Shown here one piece after another: positions 12,764 through 24,069 of a stretch of DNA of 64,000 bases; positions within the stretch are counted from its first letter, which is position 1, and each line of letters begins with the position of its first letter. Below the pieces are notes generated by a model. The model ran no database searches, was not told where the DNA came from, and saw only the letters and a list, made by a program, of their open reading frames with translations. A program made the translations under genes and the position numbers. Source of the DNA: Psammoneis japonica (taxonomy: Eukaryota); assembly GCA_008632985.1 (NCBI GenBank), contig QPGO01000041.1:310001-374000 (forward strand). Direction: 5' to 3'.

Positions 12764-13037
12764 AGACTGTCTGTAGTTTAGAGGGAGTAAGGTACTGTAA
12801 AGTGCTAGTTAGTAACTGAAGGGCATGCAGCGTTTATCACGTTTAGGACTCGAATGTTCAACCGTGATACTTGTAACCTTGTCATCTTGAGAATCTCTCT
12901 CTATGACATGTATTGCTTGAGCTTGGAGCCGATCAAAAGCGTTACAGGCGACTGTGCTTTCGAATTTTTTGATTCTCGATCGAGCGATTTCCAGATGATT
13001 CTTGCTTTTTCACTCTTTATTGTTGCTACTTTACCTC

Positions 13038-13063
13038 CTGCTGCTGCTGCTGCTGCTGCTGCT
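13038..13063 (+). repeat. (GCT)n microsatellite upstream of the CS-domain gene
   Basis: About 8 tandem CTG/GCT units. Confidence 0.85.
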
Positions 13064-13104
13064 GTTGACTTGTGCAATAAAAGCACCAACAGATACATAC
13101 AATA

Positions 13105-13848
13105 ATGTCAAAAGGAATAGATTACTCCAAATGGGATCATCTTGATGTGAGCGATGACGACGAAGAGGAAGAACAAGCCACACCGCGTGTCACTGCTTTT
13201 GACGGCCCAACCCGCGTCACGAGACAAGTCGACGGTACCTTGATTGTGGAGGAATCCAAGGTGACGAACGAAAGAAAAGTGAAAAAGAAATCGTCTAAAG
13301 AAAAGAACGACAAAATAAAGAAGGATCCAAAGTTGTTGGAGTGGTCGAAAAAGGGAGACGTTCTTTTAGATGGCAAATTGTACTGGTCCCAAGATCGCTA
13401 TCATGTAATCATGCGGTATCGTTTAGAAGCGGGGTTGACAGGCAAAGATGTGCAGGTTGACATCCAGGGCGTATTACCGTATTCGGAACGAACCATGGCG
13501 GTTGGATCGACAGACTTGCCACACCTAGCAATTCTGGTTCAGGGAAAACCTGTGTTGGAGGGAACGTTGCCGCAACACGTGCATTTTGCACAAGACGAAG
13601 AAGAACAAATAGATTGGTTGGTTGAATCCGTCCATGATGAAAAGTATATTGTCATCACATTACCAAAGGCAACACCCATGGAGGGCATAACCTTGTGGTG
13701 GAAACAACCCTTGCAGCATCTACCAGAGCGATCTCATGATGAGGACGAGGCATTGCAAGCATCGGAGAAGCAAGAGCAATTCCAAATGGCATGGGAAGAG
13801 GCGCACAAGCAGTTTCGTGCCAAAATAAAAAGCAAACAATCGTCTTAG
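13105..13848 (+). CDS. CS (p23/NudC-like) domain co-chaperone-like protein
   Basis: N-terminal IDYSKWDHLDVSDDD; YWSQDRYHV...LEGTL...IDWLVE...IVITLPK...WW pattern typical of CS domains. Confidence 0.75.
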   Translation: MSKGIDYSKWDHLDVSDDDEEEEQATPRVTAFDGPTRVTRQVDGTLIVEESKVTNERKVKKKSSKEKNDKIKKDPKLLEWSKKGDVLLDGKLYWSQDRYHVIMRYRLEAGLTGKDVQVDIQGVLPYSERTMAVGSTDLPHLAILVQGKPVLEGTLPQHVHFAQDEEEQIDWLVESVHDEKYIVITLPKATPMEGITLWWKQPLQHLPERSHDEDEALQASEKQEQFQMAWEEAHKQFRAKIKSKQSS

Positions 13849-14255
13849 AGCTGGGACATGTATTCGTTAAATCAAACCGATGAATTACTCTAAAGGTACG
13901 CCATTAGCTGTTGAACAGCGTACATCATTGTTCTTCAACGTAGTCCGGCATAGTACACACCGTACCAGCAAAACCGTATCGACACCAGCATGCATCGTTC
14001 ATAACCCAAGGTATCCGACAAATGCGCTAACGATCTAGACAGATCGGTGACCGCATCTCCACTGAGATCTTTATCTCACTCTTTGACACCTTTACTTTCT
14101 AGTCGAAAGCACTGTTGATATCACACTCGTCTCAGGTAGACACGAGACAAGACGATAACAAGAGACCTGCGTCTCGTGATCTATGATGGATACACCCAGA
14201 TAACAATAAGGCGAGAGAGGAATTCAATTTTCATTATTATTTATGCTGAAGTCTA

Positions 14256-15646
14256 CTAGGGAGAACGTTTCTCATCGGTGAATCGTCCAGGACAGCGCGT
14301 CACCAACGCTTTGTCTACGTTTACGATACAATCAAGATCCATCATTACCTGGCAGTAGGAGCCCTTTCGTTCGCTGGTAGTCTGTAGTCCATATTGATTG
14401 CACGCGTTCTGAAATAGTGTCGCCCGATATCCCACTGGGCCCTTGAGACAGAAAAAACTACCCGACCAGTCGCCACCACAATACTCGGCGCCATCAACCC
14501 CCACGTATTTGCGACTCATGCTGCATTCGGCCTCAATATCATTTGCAAAGCATTGGTCATCATATCCATCGTAGGAATAGCTTTCGTAGTCTTGGGATGA
14601 GGCACCTTGGATCGGACACTCATCCGGCCCAACAAGTGTCCAATGGCGCAGTACATCTTTCTCTCCCCAGATACCGCAAAAACTAAGCTCATCCTTTTCA
14701 AAACTTTCGCACGTTGTGTAGTAGCAACAGCGATTGTTCCACTGCTGAATTTGTTCTCTTTTACACGTTCCGGCACACCAAGATTCGACATTTCCGGCAA
14801 AGGTGACTAGTTCACTCAGCCGGGCTTCCTTACCATCCAGTGGATTCACAATCTGTCCAAACACGGTTTCGTAGAAGTTCCAAACAAATTCATTGCCCAA
14901 TTCTGTGCCCGCAAATGCCAAACCAACCAAAGTGCTGTGCTGTTCCAAGATACTTTCCGCCGTTGGATTCTTTAGCCAAGCGATTTCAAAAAAATCCGTG
15001 TAGCATAGTTCTCCGCAGTCTTCATAGCATAGATCGATCGCATAATTTGGATATACCATGCTCTTTTCCAAGTTGTTCTGTCAGCCAGTACTTCCGAAAG
15101 GACGTCGGAGATATCTTTGCCAACACCTTTTCCGAAATGAAAAGCAACGCCATGACCAATCAACTCGTAATCTTCTCGGGCTTTATTCTCGTCTTCAATG
15201 CTCTCCGCCTGTTCGCAAGCCGCCACGGCCAAATCAGCCGCTTGGTCAATCAAATCATGGGCATCCGCGATTTTCTTCTTGATGGCACCATTGACGCGAT
15301 TGGCGGCAATCTCTGTAGCAGTGTAGAGCGCAACGTGTTGCCACCTCCCATCTCCAATCTTGACGAGAGCACCATCCTTGATGAGATTCTTAGCCCCAGC
15401 TCTGTAAAATGAAAGCGCATTCCCCACTTCAATCATGATTTTGAAATAGGAATTGCTTTTGATGAGGTCGAGACGCATTTGGTCGCATCGAGCGTTGCGG
15501 CCGTTGGCGTTAGTGGCAGCGGCGGCTGTCTTCCTTTCCAAATTCCGCAGCAACTGTTCCACACTTTCTTCTTTGTAGTCTTGGGCCAAGCTCAAACCCA
15601 TAGACACCAACAGAAGCACCAATGCAAGTGTGACTTTCGTTATCAT
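14256..15646 (-). CDS. Secreted protein with Cys-rich C-terminal half; frame break near 15075
   Basis: Signal-peptide ORF 14972-15646 overlaps Cys-rich ORF 14256-15071; joining them needs one indel or an intron. Confidence 0.6.
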
Positions 15647-15949
15647 AATGCCTTAACACCGATACCTCTTGCTAACGTCGTTCGAAAAAATATGAGCCAC
15701 TTTGGAGCCGCAGAGCGCAGAGCCCCCCGACAAGTTCCAAAGTCGGGTCCCACGACTGGAATTGGCGGATACTCTCATCGTACAAAAAGTACTGAAAACT
15801 CTGTAGGGCAGCTCGCGTGAATGAAACATGCGCCACGTCAGATCAACTGTCTGTCTGGCGTCGTGCGCGAGTGCTTCTCACAGTTGCTTCGAGGATCTCA
15901 TACATGTGGTCCTGCAGTGTGTCTTATAATAAATGCTGGACTTCAGTTT

Positions 15950-16520
15950 AGCAGCACACTCTCAAGAGTCCTCAGTGCATGGAGCAAGAGATGAGGATGG
16001 TGCGAGAAAAAAGCTCTCCAAGAGCCTCGGAGGTGATGACCCCGGCTCTTGTTGCTTTGTTGCTCTTTTGCCTCCTTCGCCCTTGCCCACTGGGTGGGCA
16101 GCAGGAGTGGGACAAGCAGAATTTTGCAGGCAGATAGTGAAGATGTGCTTGTGAGTGTTTGGGGCAGGGTGCTGAGGGGCACTTTAAAAATGGACAGCGT
16201 GCTTGCTTGAAGAGCGCAAAATGTCAAGGTCAAGAGCTGTCAAAAAAAAATGCTTCAGATCACGAACACATCCTCAACCACTGGGACCTTGCCTTTTTTC
16301 TTCAAGGCCTTGATCTGCTCCCTTGCATTGCTGGCCTTCGTCAACTCATGATGAAGTCTTCTGTCATCTCGTGTCTCTCATTCCCTCTGGCCGCTGGTGG
16401 ACCGACGAGCCGACCCCCGCCGCGGCGCCGCGCCCGCGACGCGCGCAAAAAATTGCGCACCTGACGTCAGCGTCGCGCGTGAGACAAGAGGAACATTCGA
16501 ATTGGACAAATGGTCGAAAT
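15950..16520. other. Small TpA-depleted relic island between two genes
   Basis: Almost no TA across about 570 bp; TG/CA-rich left part and CG-rich right end. Confidence 0.65.
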
Positions 16521-16622
16521 GGCGGCCGTTAGTAGTTGTCTGGTAGAGCCGTAGAGACGGATGATACTTTGACAGTGCAGATAAGAAAGCAAGAGAAAGC
16601 AAAAGTCTCCTACTTCGTTTCG

Positions 16623-19600
16623 ATGGAACCCGGTCCCAAAATGGCCCGCCGTATTTCGGCTCAACTCGATTACCGCCGAGAAGGAAAACTCTACAGCAGA
16701 AGGTCGCAAGAGCAAGTTCTTCTGCAAGCATTTCGTTCTGTAAGGGAAGATCCGGTTTCCGCTGATCGGCTAGTGCTCATCTCTGGACCAGCAGGAATTG
16801 GTAAAACTGCGCTTGGTAGCTCCATTCGTGGCGAGGTTGAACGCTGTGGCGGTCTACTCGTCCAGGGCAAGTATGGTCAGGTGCACGGGTCGAATCTTCG
16901 AGAGGCTGTTCAGTCAGCTTTTGCTGGTAAGAGCTCTGACAGAAATTTTACTAGTCGAAACAATTTTAAATCTGACTATTCTTTGTAAAAAACAGACTTT
17001 GCCATTCAAATGGCCAGTCAAGACAAGTCGGTTGTCCAAAGGGTTCGCAACAGAATTCTCAAGACCCTGAAAAAGGAAGCAGCAATACTTGTCGACGTTG
17101 TTCCAGAGATGGAAAAGATCCTTGGTCCGCAGCAGCATGTGAGCATGGAAGTTGGGCAGGGTGCCCAAGCACAAACTAGTGTGAATTATGTATACCGATT
17201 GCTTATCAAAGCCATCGCATCGCGGGAGCACCCACTGATCATGTTGCTGGATGATTTGCAATGGGCTGACCAGCTGTCCCTCCAGCTCTTTGAACATCTC
17301 TTGACCGATTCGACAAGTGAAGGGGTCCTTTTTATTGGAACTCTGCGGATTCTCCGCAGATGCCACATCTTTTGATTTTATGGAGAAGCTTGACTCCTTG
17401 GGTTTGCGAAAACAGCACATTGAGTTACAGGGGCTCAATAGAGATCATGTTGTCTCTCTCATATCCGATGCACTTCAGATGGAGAAACAACAAATAGCCA
17501 CCTTTGCCGACTTTGTATACACACGAACTGGAGGTAACTTTTACTTTTTGTCCGAGCTCCTTCGGTTGATTCAAGATGAAGATTTACTCCGTTTCGACGA
17601 GGACACTTCTCAGTGGACCTATGATGAGCATTTGATGCGAGTTTCTGTTGAAATGAATAGTATTCGCGATCTCTTTCGAGCAAAGATCTTGGATCAGTCA
17701 CCACAAACACAAGAAATCCTTAAGGTTGCAGCCTGCCTTGGATTTACTTTTGATGTGCCTCTGCTTGAAGCAATCTTCCGAGACACAGATGTTTCGTCGT
17801 GCTTGAATGCGTTAGCTATCCAAGGATTGCTTGTCATTGATTCCGCTCAACTTTCCTGCGGTTTTTGCCATGATAGCGTCCAGGAAGCGGCCTACAATCT
17901 TATTCGAGAGGAGGATAGGGAAGTTTTTCACTTGAACATTGGTCTGAACCTATTGAAACTGCTTTCTGCAGAGAAAGTTGACATTTACATTTATGTCATA
18001 CTTGATCAGATCATCCGAGGGGAGACACTGCTAACCAACAAGCAAAAGCGCTTTTCTGTCGCCGCTCTTTGCTTGAAAGGAGGTGAAAAGGCGTTTGCTT
18101 CTTCTAACTTTCCCTTGGCGGCCACTTACTTGAAACAAGGCATATCATTCTGTCAGAACACTCCCTCGCCTTCAGAGCCGGTCAAGGGCAGCAGTTGCTG
18201 GCGAGATGAGTATACTCTATGCCTCCGTCTGTATGAAGGTGCTGCGGAAGCAGCCTACTGTAATGGGCAATCGGAGGAGGTTGACGCGTTTACCAAGGAA
18301 GTAATTGAAAATGCGAGATCTTTTGACGACACTATTCGAGCCAGAGGTATGCAGGTGTATGCTCTTGGTAGCGTCGGCAGGATGGAAGAGGCAATTGACC
18401 AGGCACTGTCCATTCTGGAAAGACTTGGTGAAAAGCTTCCCGCACGTCCAACTCCGTTTGCCGTGGCAACATCCTCAGTGAGAACACGCCGGTTGCTTCG
18501 GGGGAAATCGGACGAGCTCCTCCTTCGCATTCCTCTCATGACGGATGAACATAAGATCGCAGCCATGCAGATATTGAACTTGATATTTGTCTACGCTTTC
18601 TACGTACGCCCCAATCTCGCATGTATAATCGCCCATCGCATGGTTCAGTTGACTGTGAAAGACGGTATGACAGGCATGTCGGGTGTTGGTTTTGGTTTCT
18701 ATTCCATGATACTTTGTGGTTCAGGTACCAACATTGAGGAGGGTTATCGCTACGGTAAATTGGCATTGCGAATGAATGAATCGCTCAACACCAAACAAGC
18801 TTGGCTTTGTCGCCTATCTGCTGTCGTGTACGGACTAACCTTGACGTGGAAAGACTCTCTTGAGAGCTTAGAAGGACCCTTGCAGTATGCCTACCAAGTT
18901 GGACTGAGCACGGGCGACACGGAGTTTGCTTTCGTGAGTCCTCAGTCTCGTTATGGAAGGAAACCGTGGTTCAATCAATAGCTAACGTGATCTCTTCTTC
19001 ATTCTAATGTGTAGCTTAACGCATGTCTCATTATTTGGGATAATCAGTTTCGATTTAAGCTGCCTCGGTTGGAAAATGATCTCCGATCTCTTGTCGAGCG
19101 CTTGGATTTCTACGGACAAGTTTTTTATGCCCAGCTAATCAAACCAGTGTTCCAGTCCGTGCTGAATTTTATGGGGCAATCAAATGATCCGACCGTTCTT
19201 TGTGGTGAAGTTATGGATCAGGAAGTCGTTCTTGCTTCCGCTGATCCTAGTAGTCCGGTCGTGCCTTGGATGCGCTTCCAAAGCGCAGTTCTCGCGTATC
19301 ATTTTGACGATTTTGAAACCGCCGCATTTAGATCTGCTGGCTTGAATGCTTTATACGACAATGCCTATGGAGCAACAGATTCTTCCGATGTTTTGTTTTA
19401 TGAGACACTGGCGCTGTTGAGGGCAAAAGGAAGTGGTCGTTCCAAAACGAGAGGTGTGCTCAAGGCCGCACGCTCTCGGCTGAAACGCCTGCAAAAATGG
19501 GCAAGGCACTCTCCAGAGAATCTACTTACCAAGCAGTTTTTGATTGAAGCAGAGCTCGCTCTCTTCACTGGAGACGATCTTGCAGCCTCATCCAAGTACC

Positions 19601-19818
19601 TTTCTGCAATGCTTCACGCACGTCATGGCGGGTTCATGCTGCATGAAGCGTACGCCAATGAACGGATGGGTGATTTCATGCTTGCGCGTGGACGAGCTGA
19701 GCAGGGGCAGCAGCGCATGCAGGAAGCCCGGAGACTGTATTCGGATTGGGGCTCGTCAGCAAAAGTGCGACACCTGGAGGCCAAGCACAGTTTTCTCCAA
19801 GCACCAGGCTCTTCATAA
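16623..19818 (+). CDS. STAND/AAA_16-type ATPase with helical-repeat C-terminus (intron-containing; apparent frameshift near 17350)
   Basis: Walker A ISGPAGIGKT; Walker B LLDDLQWAD; TRTGGNFYF; FCHDSVQEAAY; C-terminal YSDWGSSAKV; GT-AG introns at about 16927-16995 and 18934-19014. Confidence 0.85.
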
Positions 19819-20099
19819 TGCCCTCAAAGCTTGCAGCATTTTGTCTTACCATGATGCTAAGTTGCAAACGAACGGAAGAATGAATTATCTGCTGGAATGT
19901 TCGAGATACATTGAAGTGCAGGTGGCATCTCTGGAGCACCGGGCTGCTGTTCCAAGCCACATCTACCGGCCGTGTAGTCAAAACTCCTGGAGCACCGGAC
20001 TCCTGTTCCAAGCTGCTTCTATTGGCCATGTGGCCAACATGTGAAGACTGGCAGAAATGATAGCCCTACAAGTCACCTGGCTTCTTTAAAAGTTAAGGC

Positions 20100-20451
20100 T
20101 GTCAAACCTAAAAATGATGCCGTGCAGCAGTATCCCTTGGCCTGCATTGATGCAACGACAATGGATACCGCCGACTTGCGAACATTTCAGATTCACTATA
20201 CAGATCGCACTGGAGAAAACTACTTTTGCTGTCCGACAAAACATGCATGGTACTATTTTCCACAAACGACGCACGACGAAGCTCTACTTTTGACACAATG
20301 GGATTCGCTTGGAGACGTTGCGAATGGCAAGAACGTGGACACGACATTGAGCACAATGACTGTCCATTCGGCCTTGATGGATTCAACGTCACCACCAAAT
20401 GCACCAGCGCGACAGAGTATTGAAGTTCGCTGTGTCGTCACATGGGACTAA
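20100..20451 (+). pseudogene. 5'-truncated CmcJ/NvfI/AsaB-like oxidoreductase fragment
   Basis: YPLACIDA, HAWYYFPQ, EALLL.QWDS, VHSA and RQSIEVR motifs; no N-terminal half or obvious upstream exon. Confidence 0.65.
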
Positions 20452-20593
20452 GAGTTGTTGTAAAGTACGATAGCCGGTTTGTAGCGTAGCTATCAATCGC
20501 TCGTTGTGTGTACTGTGCTTCATCGGAGGCTCTCCATAACACAAACTCCTTTTCTAAAGGTCCACATCATGATAATGGGAGACCCCCGCCTTA

Positions 20594-21694
20594 CTAGAGT
20601 GAATGCCCGAGTTCCTGTGCGACTGCAGATTCAAAAAAGCGCTTCACGAACTCGTCACAGTCGGACTCGACAAGAAGCTGGTGCCACTTTTTGTTTGCCT
20701 GACAATCATTCCATAATGGTCGTAGTGCTACATGTTTGCGTTTTCCAATACGCGCACTTGTAACTCGTGAAAGGCCACCACAATCAGGATACCGAGTTGC
20801 AGAAAAGTTGTTTCGGAGACAATCTTGAATGCGCTTGTTGACCAAGACACGAGTGCATCCCTTTGGCACCATGTTTGGAATACCACAAAAGGGTGCCACT
20901 TGAAGCGAGGTACCAAACACAAGCACCAAGTCAAATCCATGCGTGTCGTTGAGAGGGAAATCGTGGTTGCAACAATCGTACACGCGACGGGGGATATCGT
21001 CCCCGTACAGGACGAGATTTCCGGTTCGCATGGATCCATGACATTCCACAACGAGGTCTCGTGGAATATTCAAACTCGGATGCAAGTGAAGACCGTCCAC
21101 ATTTTGTGTATAGAGTCGCTTGAGCCAACCTCTTTCGTGCAACCAAGCGCAAAAGCGATGCGTGAGCGTTGGCTCCAAATTTGCAAAATCAGCTTGAACA
21201 CGAGGAAGCATAATTTCGTTCCATACGTCTGGATGTTGCACAGCAAAGTTCCTTGATAGAATCCATTCTGGATTATCCATTACTTGCGGAAATTGACGAC
21301 CAAAGTCTCGTCGCAACGCTTCAAAGAGTCCGCCCTGGGAACGAAAATCAGGCACGCCTGCTGCAACACTGACACCAGCACCAGTACACACTAAAATGTT
21401 TTGGAATTTGCCATTGGCCATTTTTTCAAATAGTTCCAAAAGTTCTTCACTGGCTAGTTCTGAATCGTTGTTTTCATTCGAAGAATCCAGTTGAATGTAT
21501 GTAGCGTGTTTTCTTCCCGTGGTCGAGACTGATGGCGTTTGAGCACCGCTTGAATCTGTTGGTATATTCAATTGAAACGCACGGTTTCGGTGTTTCCGGC
21601 CAGTCTTGTGTTCTGTAAGTGCCTTTGAACTCTGTAGATCCAAGCAGCAAACGTCACACCAAAAGGGAGGCGTTGCTGTCGTCGTTGTTGTCAT
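20594..21694 (-). CDS. Sirtuin (Sir2 family) with N-terminal C2H2 (matrin/U1-type) zinc finger
   Basis: WCDVCC...EHKTGRKH finger; TGAGVSVAAGVPDFRS, YTQNVDGLH, ECHGS and GTSLQVAPF motifs. Confidence 0.9.
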   Translation of the reverse strand: MTTTTTATPPFWCDVCCLDLQSSKALTEHKTGRKHRNRAFQLNIPTDSSGAQTPSVSTTGRKHATYIQLDSSNENNDSELASEELLELFEKMANGKFQNILVCTGAGVSVAAGVPDFRSQGGLFEALRRDFGRQFPQVMDNPEWILSRNFAVQHPDVWNEIMLPRVQADFANLEPTLTHRFCAWLHERGWLKRLYTQNVDGLHLHPSLNIPRDLVVECHGSMRTGNLVLYGDDIPRRVYDCCNHDFPLNDTHGFDLVLVFGTSLQVAPFCGIPNMVPKGCTRVLVNKRIQDCLRNNFSATRYPDCGGLSRVTSARIGKRKHVALRPLWNDCQANKKWHQLLVESDCDEFVKRFFESAVAQELGHSL

Positions 21695-22260
21695 TGGAAG
21701 GAGTTTCGGTTCGTTCGAACTTTCTAATCAGAGTGAATTATGAAAAGTTGGTGTATGAAAACCGAAACAGGGGTGCCGCAAAAGAAAACACAATGAACAT
21801 TCATTCAGCTCTAACCTTACGGTACGCTACGTTCCTAGTCGTGTGGTGAGGAGTTCAAGTGAGTTGGCGTTTTCAGATTTCAGACGTGCATAAGCGTCCG
21901 ACCGTCGACGGTAGATTCTTCACTGTACCCTACGACACGCGGTACAATGCTGCACCTCTGTTCCATGCAGACCTAGCTAGGACCTCGGTCTATTCCCATG
22001 GGTGTGTCCCTTGACTCTAAATCAACGAACAATGAAAGTAACGGCTCGTATTTTACAGTAGGCATGATTGATTTATCACAGGCACTGGGGCGGGCATTTC
22101 ATCGGATGGGAATGACCCTCTCACCGACAACAGGACGAATTGTGTGCTCGAGCATCTGGCTCAATTTCCACACTCGATTTGGCCTTTTCCCTTTCAATGT
22201 CTTTCTATTTGTTGGTCGCAAATCATGAACTTCTCAGGTGCAACCAACTTGCCGGCTTAA

Positions 22261-22658
22261 GGGGGGTCATTTGCTGCTTTTTTTAGCTCGAATTCAACCG
22301 AGTGGCTCATGATCATTTGTGTGATTTTTCTTGAATTTCACCGTGCTTCACCGTGGTGAAAACATCAAGCCACAAGTCAGTGACGGAGGTGGTCCATCTG
22401 CCAACTCTCATTTGTTTTATGTTTGTTGTGTGTCAAAGGTCACATGTGCATCAAATGTTTGTGGATGGACCACTGCGTTTTGGAGCTGTGTGCCGACATT
22501 GCCGTCATCATCGTGCTTCGATCACGGTGCCTGATGTTCTCGTTTTCGTGCGCAATCGGGTGTGAATTTAAATGAATTTTGCATTCAAAAACAAACACTG
22601 CAAACATCCTTGTTCAAATGCCATGGCAATTCCAGGACAAATGCAGGGATGACCCCCC
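22261..22658. mobile_element. Non-autonomous MITE with TTAA TSD and GG termini (Kolobok-like)
   Basis: TTAA|GGGGGGTCAT ... ATGACCCCCC|TTGA; it interrupts the left TIR of the Zator-like element exactly at TTAA. Confidence 0.7.
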
Positions 22659-24069
22659 TTGAAATTGATGCTGGGTTTCGCGTGACAGTCTGGCAGGGTT
22701 CGGACGGCCGTGGCAAACAGCAGAATGCGTAGAATGTGCACCAGATCCTGCATGCACAAGCAAACATGCACTGAGACATTGTGCAACAACACACAGAAGA
22801 TGCACTAAAACCCATGCAGCTTCAGCATCTTGACAGAAAAGGGCGATGTCTTTGACATTTTCTCTCCTTTTTCCCAACACTCAATGCACAATTTGATGCT
22901 CGAGATGATGTTGTTGCGTTTCATTTTTTGTTGTTTGCGTTGATCTGAATGACAGCAGCAACATGGTGACAGGCTTGGATGGCTCCATGATGCAAGCATT
23001 TGTGTGGGTGAGACGCAGCAAACCACACTTGTCAACGGGACATCACCGCCATTTCAAAACTTCTTGTTGCTGGAAGTTTGGAGATTTGATCCACAGAGCA
23101 CTGTCGTCTCACAGTGACACAGGCACCTTGACGAGAGATGCGCTCACTGCATTGTTGTGTGGACCACACACAATGTGGTGTTGCAAATCTTCAGAAGAAA
23201 AAGTGAACAAGAAGATCAGCATTTGTTCCAAGGGCTCCTGTGCAGCAATGCTCGCTTCCAATTTCCTGCATTTGTCAGCGGCATTTGACAGCACAGAGCA
23301 GCCTGCGGTGGTCTCAAGTGACACAGCAATGTCAAGATTTATGCAGGCACAAAGGGGCCTGTGAATGCCAGAGAAGTGTTCCATGAAAGAAAGTGAGAAA
23401 AGCAGCTGCCCTTTGACCATGCTCTTTTTAACTTTTTGGTTGGAGACCATGAAAGGAGCAATCTCGGGGTTTCTGTGGGTAGTCTGGTCAAGCTGATGGA
23501 CCTCTCCAAGGTTGTCAGGGAGGTGTTGCAGAATCCACACAAGAAAATTGGGAGGGGCCAACTGCCCGGATGGTTCCGCCACTCATTGGAGCGGCATGAC
23601 AAGCACGACGGCACTCGAGCTGACCAGAAGAGCCTCGAAAACCTTGCACTGAAACTGTCTTCAGCTGTTGCTGGCTCCACATTTCCAGCCACAGACCAAT
23701 GGAAGGAATGTTGCAAGGATGTTGACATGCTGGCATTGTTGTTGAACAATGACCGTGTTGAAGCAATGAAGCAAGATGCAGGAAGGGCTCAAGAGAATCA
23801 AACGAGATGCAGCAACAATGCATTCAATTGACTGGCTGACAAACAAACACACAAAGCAGCCTCAGAATCCACCGCCCCAATGTGCTGCAGTTCTCTTCTT
23901 GCCCAGCTGCATGACAAGGATTGCTGCAAACATGTGACAATCACATCTGAGGACACTGACCTGTGGAGCCCACCTTGGTCATCTCCTGAATCGGACGAAG
24001 CAGGTCACAAACGTTGAGAGTGCTTTTGGAACAACTTGGCCCTTCCCATTCCCACAAGGCCTTTTCAAC

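Noticed and set aside
16623..21694. STAND ATPase plus sirtuin as a prokaryote-type antiviral operon
   Set aside because: These are eukaryotic genes in convergent orientation (the ATPase has introns), separated by an unrelated fragment; the sirtuin has deacylase-type motifs and there is no evidence of functional linkage.
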